Assembly: GCA_038045705.1 (NCBI GenBank)
Contig: JBBSXO010000005.1
Location: forward strand, 21,136-85,135
Length of the DNA stretch: 64,000 nucleotides
DNA from: Nanobdellota archaeon
Lineage (GTDB): Archaea > Nanobdellota > Nanobdellia > Pacearchaeales > GW2011-AR1
Direction of reading: 5' to 3'
Position 1 is the stretch's first letter. Every line of letters begins with the position of its first letter. The notes under the pieces were generated by a model that had not been told where the DNA came from, did no database searches, and saw only the letters and a program-made list of their open reading frames with translations. Positions 49,491 to 59,133 of the stretch are shown here, one piece after another. The translations under genes and the position numbers were made by a program.

Positions 49491-50158
49491 AGGAATTAAT
49501 AATTAAGGAAAACAATATTTTTGATATTTTGCAGAGATTTATCGATGCAAAATTAGATTTTGTAATTGTTGGGGGATATGCTGTTTCATCTTATAAGCAC
49601 CGATTCTCTGTTGATGCAGATATAGTTATTCAATCCAAAGACTTAGAAAATTTTGAGTTAATACTAAAAAAGGAAAAGTTCAAGAAGGGTTTTGAAAAAG
49701 ACCTAGATAATCCTTACTCTTCAAGATTTATGAGATATGAAAAAGATTCTGCAAGCATTGATTTGCTTATTGATGGTATCGCCTCAAGAACAACAAACGC
49801 TTCCTTTGGTTATAACCTTCTGCTTCAAAATTCATCAAAAAGAAAAGTAATAGGCATAGAAAGAGAAATTACAGTTATGGTTCCAAGTAAAGAATTATTA
49901 ATCATTATGAAGATCCATTCTGGAAGGTTAACTGATTTTAGAGATATTGCAGCTATAGCAAAAGAAACTAATCTTGAAATAATAAAGAAGTTAATGTTTA
50001 TTGGAGACTTAAAAGTATTACATGAGAATTTAGAGAAACTTAATCATGCAGTTCATGACAAAAACTTTATCGATTCATTTAAAGGAGTCTTCATAGAGAA
50101 AAAGTTTGATGTTGATTTAAAACAAGTAGAAAAAATAAGTCATTTAAAGGAAGGTTGA
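49487..50158 (+). CDS. Nucleotidyltransferase (AbiEii/DUF6036-like)
   Basis: VIVGGYAV...RFSVDADIVI...LIIMKIHSGRLTDFRDI. Confidence 0.8.
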   Translation: MKELIIKENNIFDILQRFIDAKLDFVIVGGYAVSSYKHRFSVDADIVIQSKDLENFELILKKEKFKKGFEKDLDNPYSSRFMRYEKDSASIDLLIDGIASRTTNASFGYNLLLQNSSKRKVIGIEREITVMVPSKELLIIMKIHSGRLTDFRDIAAIAKETNLEIIKKLMFIGDLKVLHENLEKLNHAVHDKNFIDSFKGVFIEKKFDVDLKQVEKISHLKEG

Positions 50159-50332
50159 TTTAACCAATCAATCAATCTTATCTTGACAATACCTTTAAAC
50201 TCTAGCAATCTTTGAGGTGTTATATATTATTTGGTGATCGAGGCATTTACGGACCAAAAAAGCTTATAATTTGACTAAACTACAACGATATTGATGATAA
50301 GAGGAGTTGCACGCACCTAACTTATAGATTAA

Positions 50333-50461
50333 TGCGGGAGGGAGGATTCGAACCTCCGAAGGCACTAAGCCACGAGATGGCTTACATCTCGCTTAGCTAC
50401 TCGCTCTAATGAGAGAGTGACGTCTTAAGTCTCGCGCATTTAACCGCTTTGCTACCCCCGC
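50333..50461 (-). tRNA. tRNA-Leu(TAA) with a 45-nt canonical-position intron (50379-50423)
   Basis: GCGGGGG/CTCCCGC acceptor, CGAGA/TCTCG anticodon stem, long variable arm, GGTTCGAATCC; bulge-helix-bulge CTTA-AGA / TAAG-CCA. Confidence 0.93.
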
Positions 50462-50617
50462 AATCGGCATATCTGTCCACTGCGCGGATTTCCCCGAGCA
50501 GTTCAGCTGATAGTATAAGAAGAGCAGAAGCGTTGCTGATGCTCATCTGTGACTGTCTGCTAACAGGCAAGACACACCGCAGGGGCAACACATGGAGGCT
50601 ATTTAACACTATCGAAC

Positions 50618-51820
50618 ATGCATGAGGTAAACAACACTGAGGACGAGAGAATACGACCAGTTGATGTAGTTGCGTCACTAGAGCGCGCGACCACTCGGTT
50701 TATGGCCAGGTCAGACATCAGTCAGGCCAACAAGGATCATGTCGCCAAGTTCTTGCGAGAAGCAGCACTTGGCAAGACCGTCGTGGGGCGCGCGAGAAAA
50801 CAGATCGGCCCGGAGCGACGCCATTTATACCTGATGCAACTGACTATTCTGATCGATTTCGTGGGAAAGAACCTCGACGAGGTTGTGATGTCCGATATGG
50901 AGAGGTTCGTTGAGGCTCTGGACGGCGACAAGATTCGTTCGCGCCGGCCACAGCGAAAGGGGCAGAAGCTGGTCGTGGAACCTAGGCCCTTGAGCAGGCG
51001 GTACTGCGCCGACATCAAGATCACCGTCCGAAAGTTTTACATGTGGCTCTGGGGTGGGAATCGGCGAGTGCCGGAACTCGTGGACTGGTTTGACACTTCC
51101 TTTGAACTAAAGGATGTGCCCGCGCTCACCGAGGCAGATGTTGGGCGCATGCTGGACCACTGCAGGACTGTGCAGCAGCGCGCGATCATTCAGGTCTTGT
51201 TCGACGGAGGACTGCGTCTGGGGGAGCTACTAAACGTTCGCCTACGGCATGTCTGGAGAAGAACGGTCGTGCCGAATGATCCAATGACGGTTTGTTATTT
51301 CGTGCGTGTGCCTTTCAGCAAGACTCTCCGTCGAACCGTCGTGCTCCCCATGCGCGACAGCACTCGTGCTCTCGGTCTGTGGCTCGAGAAACACCCCGGT
51401 CGACCAGTTGTGCTCCCCGACGGTACTCTCGACGCGGACGACTTGAGCCTGCAACTTTTCCCCATGACCGGAGAGGCGATCAGGCAGATGCTACGCAGAG
51501 TGGGTAAGTGTGCTCTCGGTCGCCGGGTGTATCCACATCTCATGCGCCACACCTCAGCCACATTCTGGAGCAACAAGGTTTCCTACTTCAAAATGTGCAA
51601 GCGCTTCGGTTGGACCATGGTCAGCAAGATGCCCCAGCGCTACATCGATCGAACTGGCGTTGATGAGGAGGAGATCGCCAACATCTATTTTGCCAAACAG
51701 AAGGGCGAGTCGCAACGAGGGGCAGACGAGCTTCTGATTGAAACGCCCGAGGTTCAGGCTGAGGTCAAGCCCGTCAAGGGATCGTTGCCGCGTCCGCAGT
51801 CCATGCGTTCCGCAAGCTAA
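50618..51820 (+). CDS. Tyrosine recombinase/integrase
   Basis: LFDGGLRLGELL (R), SKT (K), PHLMRH (HxxR), FGW and RY catalytic residues. Confidence 0.92.
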   Translation: MHEVNNTEDERIRPVDVVASLERATTRFMARSDISQANKDHVAKFLREAALGKTVVGRARKQIGPERRHLYLMQLTILIDFVGKNLDEVVMSDMERFVEALDGDKIRSRRPQRKGQKLVVEPRPLSRRYCADIKITVRKFYMWLWGGNRRVPELVDWFDTSFELKDVPALTEADVGRMLDHCRTVQQRAIIQVLFDGGLRLGELLNVRLRHVWRRTVVPNDPMTVCYFVRVPFSKTLRRTVVLPMRDSTRALGLWLEKHPGRPVVLPDGTLDADDLSLQLFPMTGEAIRQMLRRVGKCALGRRVYPHLMRHTSATFWSNKVSYFKMCKRFGWTMVSKMPQRYIDRTGVDEEEIANIYFAKQKGESQRGADELLIETPEVQAEVKPVKGSLPRPQSMRSAS

Positions 51821-52112
51821 GAACTGTGGCTAATGGTGCTGGCGGCCACTACCCAGTTGACTGAGAAATGCGGATCTGGTCAGTCTGCGTCGGCCTTTCT
51901 GGCGCAGCGGTGCTGGCGCATAGAGTGCCGCGTCGCGGCGCATGCGTGAGGTGACGTCGGTGCACGGAGGTTGTGACCGGCCAGCTGTTGCGTTGCACGG
52001 CCGATGACCTGAGTCGTGCGTTCTCGTTGCGCGTTCCGTGACGGGCGGTCGCGGCGCGCGCCAGCATTGGGATGTTCAAAGCCCGCCGGAAGAAGCGGGA
52101 AGGTGAGAGTTT

Positions 52113-52469
52113 TTAGGCAGTCTTTCGCGACAATCCAACAATCGACAGACACCCAACCAATCCAGCCAGAATCAACTCGCCGCGCCAGGTCATTAGGAGC
52201 CAGTTGCCAACGCAGCCACAGACGGCCGGCCGCACGACGATGGCGTGCCCTGTCCCTAAGAACGCAATCACGACCCCGACGAATAGCCCAAGGCGTCGAT
52301 ACCGACTCCAGCAAAGCAGCACGGCAGTTGCAGTTTCGAGAAGCGTGACTCCCCAATAAAGAGACTGTGAATACGAAACACCCACTGGGACACCGCCAAC
52401 AACTTTGGCGACGGCGACCGTGCCAAGCAATACCGCCAACACCAAAGGCACAACTATCCCTCTAGCCAT
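52113..52469 (-). CDS. MauE/DoxX-like membrane protein
   Basis: Several TMs with AVAK, LLE and CGCVG motifs; start MARGIVV at 52469 chosen to avoid overlap. Confidence 0.6.
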   Translation of the reverse strand: MARGIVVPLVLAVLLGTVAVAKVVGGVPVGVSYSQSLYWGVTLLETATAVLLCWSRYRRLGLFVGVVIAFLGTGHAIVVRPAVCGCVGNWLLMTWRGELILAGLVGCLSIVGLSRKTA

Positions 52470-52516
52470 AGCCTTACCATGGTTTGTTGTCCGACCGAGT
52501 CCACCGTTTGCTCCCG

Positions 52517-53119
52517 CTAGTCTATTGGCGGCATCGTTAGGGTGTAGCAGCTGAAATTGCAATCTCGGCAAATTGCCACAAGCTTCAGCTGGCACTCAGC
52601 TGCAGGTGGGCAAGCAGTGCCTACACAGGCAGCAAGGGAACGTGTCACTTTGCACTCACTCCATGTGTTGCACCCAGCTGCAGACGCCACAAGTGGGTCG
52701 CCGCTCTCTGTTGGCCCTACGAAGAACCCCCAGTCGGTACAAGTTGGGCCAGTGGTCGTACCGTCGAAGTTCCTTCTGGTATAGCAGTAGCTATCCGCGT
52801 GAGTAGTCGCATTTCCGCCACGGAACAATGGCATCGACACAGTCATTATGCAAGTAGGAGTCGACTCTATGCACTGGCGAAGTTCGTTCTCCTCTTCGCA
52901 AACACAATAACCGTCTCCAGTAGCATCAACCATGACGAAATCGTACAAGTCTCCGCCGTAGCAAGGCGGCGGGACGGCGCCAATGTCGGGTCCATAACCG
53001 TACTGCGGCTTGCACCCATACCACTCACAATCGGTATCGATCGGACTATCGACCGCCGCGCTTGCTGCGATCGAGAGAAACATTGGCACCAAGAAGACGC
53101 CGACGAACGATGAAGTCAT
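52517..53119 (-). CDS. Secreted Cys-rich protein
   Basis: Signal peptide and 17 Cys in the mature region. Confidence 0.65.
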   Translation of the reverse strand: MTSSFVGVFLVPMFLSIAASAAVDSPIDTDCEWYGCKPQYGYGPDIGAVPPPCYGGDLYDFVMVDATGDGYCVCEEENELRQCIESTPTCIMTVSMPLFRGGNATTHADSYCYTRRNFDGTTTGPTCTDWGFFVGPTESGDPLVASAAGCNTWSECKVTRSLAACVGTACPPAAECQLKLVAICRDCNFSCYTLTMPPID

Positions 53120-53143
53120 GAGAGAGTCCTTATTTCTTGTTGG

Positions 53144-53971
53144 TTACTTACCATCCCATGTAACGCGTCCCTGAATGTTGCTTAGTAGTTGTTTTGCTTC
53201 CTCAGACGTAATAGTGCCTTCACGACAGAACCATACTACAATCAAACCTAGCAGCTCTCGTCCCTTTTCATGCATTACCGCCTCTCCAAGTGAGCTTCCG
53301 GGCATCATATCGCGATTCGCCATATGCACTGTATCACCAATTGTCTGAATCATGTTGTAGCCACTAGCCTCTGGCGGCAACACGCCTGAGCGAAACCGTG
53401 TTCCGCGTGGCAGAGTGACGGTTGCAGTCCCGCTCTTAGCTCGGAGTTCGGCCATTTCCTTTGCGGCGATCTCATGTCGAACGCGCAAAATGTTTAGCAG
53501 CTCACGTTGCGGGCCACGGAGCAAACCCTCCAGCTCGCGCCTCTTGTCAGGGGGTAAGTAAACGTCGCGCGGGTTTAGCATTTCATGCCGGAACAGGCTA
53601 TTCGCTGTAACCGCTACTGCAGACGTGATGATATACCTAGTGAGAGGGTATCTCTGAACACGGATAGCCTGCCACTCCGCGTCCGATTCAGGACTCGGCG
53701 CATGCTCATTCGTACTCTGAGCATTTGGTTCGAAAGACTCTAAGCTGTCATAGTCTACTGTACTATTCGCGGAAGAGAGAACGGCGGTTGCAAGAGCTTC
53801 GGCATCGCCCGTACCTGACGTGGGCACGATTGCGTCTCCCGGAGTGACGACCAACGGCGTTGGCCGCGGTATTCTTGCAAGCCAGACACCAACAGCGATT
53901 CCTGAGAGCGCGACTAGCGCCAAAGCCCAGCGGTGCTTTTTCGAGGTAGCCAAGTTAACCTCTCGATGCAA
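53144..53971 (-). CDS. Hypothetical protein with N-terminal TM anchor
   Basis: 275-aa ORF, co-oriented with the Cys-rich and MauE-like genes. Confidence 0.6.
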   Translation of the reverse strand: MHREVNLATSKKHRWALALVALSGIAVGVWLARIPRPTPLVVTPGDAIVPTSGTGDAEALATAVLSSANSTVDYDSLESFEPNAQSTNEHAPSPESDAEWQAIRVQRYPLTRYIITSAVAVTANSLFRHEMLNPRDVYLPPDKRRELEGLLRGPQRELLNILRVRHEIAAKEMAELRAKSGTATVTLPRGTRFRSGVLPPEASGYNMIQTIGDTVHMANRDMMPGSSLGEAVMHEKGRELLGLIVVWFCREGTITSEEAKQLLSNIQGRVTWDGK

Positions 53972-54755
53972 GCTGGCCGTGAGCCAGCAGAAGAAGTCGA
54001 GTGGAGCAACTGCAAGAGACGGTAACGGGTGTTGCGCTAGAAGTCAATAGAGAAGCAGAATCTTGCAGCTAGCAACCGGGTCTGGATCTCACCCTGGAAC
54101 AAGCGACCGAGCTTGCTGCCACCGGCAGTGGTGGCCGCGAGTGGCCGCGGTGACATGTTGTTAATTTGCTACTTGTACAAGACATCGCCTCTCCGTAACG
54201 GATGGAGGATGCTCATCCCAGTATTCGAGGAGAGGCGGGCCGCAGCTCTGGAAGCCGCGGAACGTAGGAAGCCCCGTCGGGTGATTCACGCAACCTCACC
54301 GGAAGGACACGATCCAGGGCCGCCTCGTACCAGGCCGCCAGTTCCTCGCGCCGCGCTGGGCGCTCGCCAAGTTCGATTCTTCGCATGGCGACACCTGCCC
54401 GCCTCAGCGGCGCGATCCAGGAACAGCGGCTCACCCATGCCTGGCAGACGACCCTGTTCCACGGCAACCACACCCATGCCGAACCGGTGGACAAACCGCC
54501 CCGTCCAAAGGAGCCCAGCAGCAACGTTCGCCAGCAATACCACGAGAAGTGATCGGAGCGTTCTCCCACACCATACGAGCTTCCATCCCGAAAAGCGAAG
54601 TACTGGTAGCTCAAGCCTTGAGCGCCGAGATACGCGACGGTATCGAACGGAGATCTTGAGATACGTGCAACCAATCGCGACGGCTACAGACACAGCTAAT
54701 GGGCAACCTACTGGCACTTCCATACGAGTCCTTCCTTGCGTTCGGTTGCCACTAT

Positions 54756-55094
54756 CTAGAGCGTATAGACCAGTCTTGGTCTGGAGTCCGCAGGATCGCA
54801 GACAGCTTCATACAAGTAGATGACTGGTTGCCGGTTGGCATCGAGTATCTGATACCTACGAAGTTGCGGTGGCAGGTCCTGACGGCGAATACGTCGACCA
54901 TCGTGTTCGAGCGATTTGAGTGCAGTGGCCACAGCAGACAGCGACTCCCCCAGCGCTACGCTGATTTGACATGTGGACTGAGGACCCTCATCGAGTAAAT
55001 ACGCCACCACACGATCCTCCAACGCTCCTACGTCGTGGATAGAAGGGGAGTCCCCGCCATAAAGCCCGCCTATGCTCATGTCTGTTCTCAACAC
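54756..55094 (-). CDS. Small winged-helix protein
   Basis: RVVAYLLDEGPQSTCQISVALGESLSAVATALKSLEHDG. Confidence 0.5.
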   Translation of the reverse strand: MLRTDMSIGGLYGGDSPSIHDVGALEDRVVAYLLDEGPQSTCQISVALGESLSAVATALKSLEHDGRRIRRQDLPPQLRRYQILDANRQPVIYLYEAVCDPADSRPRLVYTL

Positions 55095-55484
55095 CTGAGA
55101 GATTAAGAAGGTGCGCCACTACTACCTTGTAGTGCCTGGATTCTATTTATCCAATTTTCGTTTGAGTCAGTCTTTGGGAGTAAGCTCGACAACCCTCGAA
55201 AACGGGAAGAACGTTATCAATCTAAACGACCCGAGTTTGGCAAGCAACCACAATTCTCGATTGAGCCATGACGACCATCGGTATGGCAGCTACTTGTGAA
55301 CACCGTCAGCGTGGCCAATGGTATTATCATCGAGGTAGGAATCCTCCTGCACCGGCGAACGACTGGGTCGCGCACCCCGGGTCCCTTCTTCGCCAGCTTT
55401 TGCCAAGTGAACTCCATCGTCGAGCTGAACGGCCTGAACGAGAACCGTACTCCGTAGGCCACATGGGAACGGCATTGGCGACTT

Positions 55485-56150
55485 TCACTTTGGCGGTGGC
55501 ACAGTTTGACCAAAGGTAAGTGAATCGATCCCAAGGAGTTTGCGGGAGAACTCCTCCTGAATCGCTGCATGAGTCCTTCTCCTCGTTCTCTCAAACAATG
55601 CGAGAAGTGTTGGTGCAACCGTGTGTGTTGGCACCACCTGAGTGGACTCCATGGTCTCAAGCGGTCCTCGCCATGACTGTCGGACGGCAAGTAGCTCCAA
55701 GTCTTCGGCCACAACAATCCCAAGGCCAAGAAGATTGCTACGTACATTAGTGAATGCGTCCCAAACGGCGGCTTCGATCCTTAGCCAGTCGTTGGCGTTG
55801 CGATCATCTTCTCCGCGGACCCTGGATAGGAGTTGATCACGGGTGCTACTCGTCACTCCGGAATACGTGTCAGCGTTTTCCATGGCCTTCGCAAGCCAAC
55901 TGTCGATTTCGAATCTCCTTTTGATCGTCCCTTGAAGCGTAATCGTCTCCGCCCTCGCAGCTTCCTGTTCGAGGTTCGCGCTGATGCATGCTGCGGCCGT
56001 AAACCCGACCATGGCGACCAAGGTAGCCCATCCCTTTCCATTCAGCTTGTACCTGGTTTTACCATCGTAGCGCCGTATTTGCGTCTTGCAAGTTAGCCAC
56101 TCGGCTGCGAGGCCACAGAGAGCTACGGCGATTACGAAAACCACAGTCAC
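55485..56150 (-). CDS. Hypothetical protein with two N-terminal TMs
   Basis: Two hydrophobic segments followed by a helical domain. Confidence 0.55.
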   Translation of the reverse strand: MTVVFVIAVALCGLAAEWLTCKTQIRRYDGKTRYKLNGKGWATLVAMVGFTAAACISANLEQEAARAETITLQGTIKRRFEIDSWLAKAMENADTYSGVTSSTRDQLLSRVRGEDDRNANDWLRIEAAVWDAFTNVRSNLLGLGIVVAEDLELLAVRQSWRGPLETMESTQVVPTHTVAPTLLALFERTRRRTHAAIQEEFSRKLLGIDSLTFGQTVPPPK

Positions 56151-56355
56151 ATTTACTGCTCCGAGTTAGCTGTACTAGTTCACTGCAGGCATGTAGAGTC
56201 TTGAGGTCCAACACAAGTAAATGCTCACTGCCCTATGTCTGGAGGTAAACCGCCACACGACGATGGCGCTCCTGGTATCGGTTCAGGGGACGCTGGGGAA
56301 CGCTTTAGCTGACTCCCAAGCGCGCAATATTCTAACCAACGAAGGTTGAAGCCGG

Positions 56356-57345
56356 CTAGCGTATGATCGTGGCTTGGCTTGATGCGATACCCATCGCAAA
56401 CAATGGTGAGAACGTAATGCACTGTGTTACGGCTGACAGTCCCGAAGCTGGCCCTGAATACGTGACTGGAAGTCCGGCCACACCTCCTGTGAAGAATAGG
56501 AGCGGATCGTTGACGTCGAAGTTCACCAAGATACCTGGAAGGCTTGGGGAGTTTGGGACAGCGGGACGAAAGCTCACCGCGACGAAGTGTAACGCTTGGG
56601 CGTCATTAGAATTGATCATAATTGTGGCAACTCCAATCCCGGGAACGGTGGCTAGGCAATACGCAGATCCGATGGCTCCGTTTACGTAGAGACGTGCCTC
56701 GGGCTTGTTCTCCTGGTAACTTGGCAATAGTCCACCGGTTACCCTGACAGTGTACTCCTCGATGTCACCGAAGAAAGAACCGGACGGTGGTGGAGGCCCA
56801 GGGTGACCGAACCCAACCCTTATGCGAGTCTCCGCAACGGCATTGCTAGGAACTCGAATACTTGCGCTGAAGAACACGACCTGGTTGACGCTCACGAGGT
56901 TCAAGTCGTAGCGCTCACCAGCGTCGTCGAAGTACCGATTGCCATTCCAATCGACGTACGCCCGTGCTTGTCCGATGAGCCCATTGTTGAAGACACCAAG
57001 GGTTAGGAGCACTGTCTGGCAGGGAACCACTATAGCTGTCTGGTTAAGGAAGCTTGAGAAGCCAGAAAACCCCGGTGGACACAGGGGGCTGGGTATCGTT
57101 GTGTCATTCACGACACTAGCGAAAGACACCAAGTTTACGTACGAGCGAAGAAACCCAAGATGACACACGTCACCTACCGTTGTCGGATAGGCCTCCAGGT
57201 TGGTATTGACGCAGAGGTTGACCGTGGGGCACTGGGTTATGAGCGGCCGGCTGAATGGGATTACCATCAGCAAAAACAACACGCGTGAAGACATCGCCAT
57301 GGGACGTGTGGTATGAGTTGGTAGTGTGGTTCGAGGTGGTCGCAT
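56356..57345 (-). CDS. Secreted GEVED-domain protein
   Basis: AYVDWNGNRYFDDAGE...TRIRV...GDIEEYTV matches the GEVED pattern. Confidence 0.7.
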   Translation of the reverse strand: MRPPRTTLPTHTTRPMAMSSRVLFLLMVIPFSRPLITQCPTVNLCVNTNLEAYPTTVGDVCHLGFLRSYVNLVSFASVVNDTTIPSPLCPPGFSGFSSFLNQTAIVVPCQTVLLTLGVFNNGLIGQARAYVDWNGNRYFDDAGERYDLNLVSVNQVVFFSASIRVPSNAVAETRIRVGFGHPGPPPPSGSFFGDIEEYTVRVTGGLLPSYQENKPEARLYVNGAIGSAYCLATVPGIGVATIMINSNDAQALHFVAVSFRPAVPNSPSLPGILVNFDVNDPLLFFTGGVAGLPVTYSGPASGLSAVTQCITFSPLFAMGIASSQATIIR

Positions 57346-57490
57346 GCGTCAGTGCCGAGTCAGCATTCGCATGAGTTCCGAATTCACAAAGTAGCGGCTG
57401 ATTGAATGTTTCTGACACAAACTGCTGGATCAATACGGATACTGCCTCTGTGGTTTCATGATTGATGGCTTTCTTGACTGAATGCCTATT

Positions 57491-58360
57491 CTATTCTAGA
57501 AACTCAAGCGCTTCCTTCAACAGTTTTGCGACCTTGTCCTTCTCGATCTGGGGGGCGTCCTTTGTAATCGAGAACGGATAGACACGCAGACCATCCTTGC
57601 TCTTCTTGATGTAGAGCTTCTTGCGACCAGGTTGCCGCTTGCCTGCCTCCTGACGGAGGACACGCTTCAACTGCTTAGCGCTGAGAGTCTCCGACTCGAT
57701 ACGCTTCTTCCACTCCGAAGGACTCTCGACGCCAAAGTCGTGCAGCGCCTTGGCGTGCGCCATCGTGACGATCTTGCCGTCGAGGCATTTCTGTAGCGCG
57801 CTCGAGAAGCTCAACAGCTCCAGATAGCGATCAACCTGCTTTTGGGAGAGGCCGAAGAGTTCCTGGAGATCGTTCTTCTTCAGACCCTGCCTTTGCGCCA
57901 ACCAGAGGGCATTGGCTCTATCCACCGGTGCCAGATTCTTGCGCACGACATTCTTCGTGAACGCGACCCGAAGCGCCTGGTTGTCGGCCATCTCGTGCAC
58001 GACAGCCTGAATCGAGGACCAGCCCAGTTCCTGCGCGGCCCTGCAGCGTCTGAAGCCATCGATGATCCGATACGGCTTCGGGCCGAGGAGATCGACGGGT
58101 TGCTCGAGTCCATCGTGCTCCAGGCTGCGCCGCACATCTGCAACGGCCATGGAAACGCGGCACTGAAACGTCGTGTTCGACGAGTCGATGTCTGCAAGGC
58201 TGATGGTCTGGTAGGCACCATCGAGTGCTTTGGGAGGCGTGATGCGTTCCTCCAACTTCGACGCTCCATCGCTTGATGTGTCTACGGCATGCCGGCGCCG
58301 GTCGGCTCTGCGTTTCGGCCCGGCATCAGAGTCTCCTTCGGGTTGCATTCCGCTCTCCAT
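57491..58360 (-). CDS. ParB/Spo0J-like protein
   Basis: SLEHDGLEQPV, YRIIDGFRRCRAA..LGW, NVVRKNL, then HTH. Confidence 0.85.
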   Translation of the reverse strand: MESGMQPEGDSDAGPKRRADRRRHAVDTSSDGASKLEERITPPKALDGAYQTISLADIDSSNTTFQCRVSMAVADVRRSLEHDGLEQPVDLLGPKPYRIIDGFRRCRAAQELGWSSIQAVVHEMADNQALRVAFTKNVVRKNLAPVDRANALWLAQRQGLKKNDLQELFGLSQKQVDRYLELLSFSSALQKCLDGKIVTMAHAKALHDFGVESPSEWKKRIESETLSAKQLKRVLRQEAGKRQPGRKKLYIKKSKDGLRVYPFSITKDAPQIEKDKVAKLLKEALEFLE

Positions 58361-58679
58361 GCGTAGTCTCCACCGGGGATGGCGTGATGTCGGACACCGT
58401 GTCTTCCAGACCCTTACTCTAGTGCTGGTGGCAGCTTAGCGACGGCGCACCCCGAAATCCGTTGCTCTGGCTTCCACTACAACGCGCAGGCAGCCGACTT
58501 ATGTATCCCTGGGGGTAGCGACTGTCAACAACGTTCTTTGCCCGACAGGGCGCATGACAAGACACAAGTGTCTGGGTCCGCGCATGGGACACACGACAGG
58601 CATGGAACTACAGTCTGCTTGGCCGGCCAGTTGATCGTCGACGACCTTCGGCCCGCAGCAGCTCAGCCCCGACGATCTT

Positions 58680-59030
58680 TGGAGGAGATCCACGTCAAGA
58701 CGCTCGACCGCGACGACGAGGTCAAGGCCGCGATCATCCTGTTCTTGAGCATGCTCCATGAGAAGCAGCGGCGGCTTGGTTTGCACCCCGAGTGTCGCAT
58801 CCAGCTCGGTCGCGAGAACGCCGGCGTCCGCAAAGGCAAGGTCGACCACGAGTTGGTCGCCGACGCCCTCGAACGGTGGCACCTCGCATGACGGGGCACC
58901 CCCCGCCGCGATGCGACGTCGAGCCGCTGCGCTAGATCCTGCATCGCACGCTCCCTTGCTGGAACTACACCATCTCACCGGCGATCGCTTCGGCATGATC
59001 GCGCGAAGTAGTTCTTGGTCTGCCCCCTGA
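58680..59030 (+). pseudogene. Internally deleted ISAzo13-like transposase remnant
   Basis: DEVKAAIILFLSMLHEKQRRL and, in another frame, HRTLPCWNYTISP resemble the two ends of ISAzo13-type transposases (from recall). Confidence 0.45.
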
Positions 59031-59133
59031 CAGCTGACAGATGGGAAGACTGTTGGAGCTGACGGCCCCGCGCGGTAGCCTCTGCTCAACCCCTCCGAGA
59101 AGCACCAACAAGAAGCGAGGTCAGAGGGTTATT

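Noticed and set aside
50406-50678. 90-aa ORF over tRNA-Leu; likewise 45059-45256 over tRNA-Thr
   Set aside because: Both overlap well-formed tRNA genes and have no protein motifs.
54213-54723. Two overlapping minus-strand ORFs (153 and 145 aa)
   Set aside because: Could not decide which frame, if either, is coding; no motif recognised.
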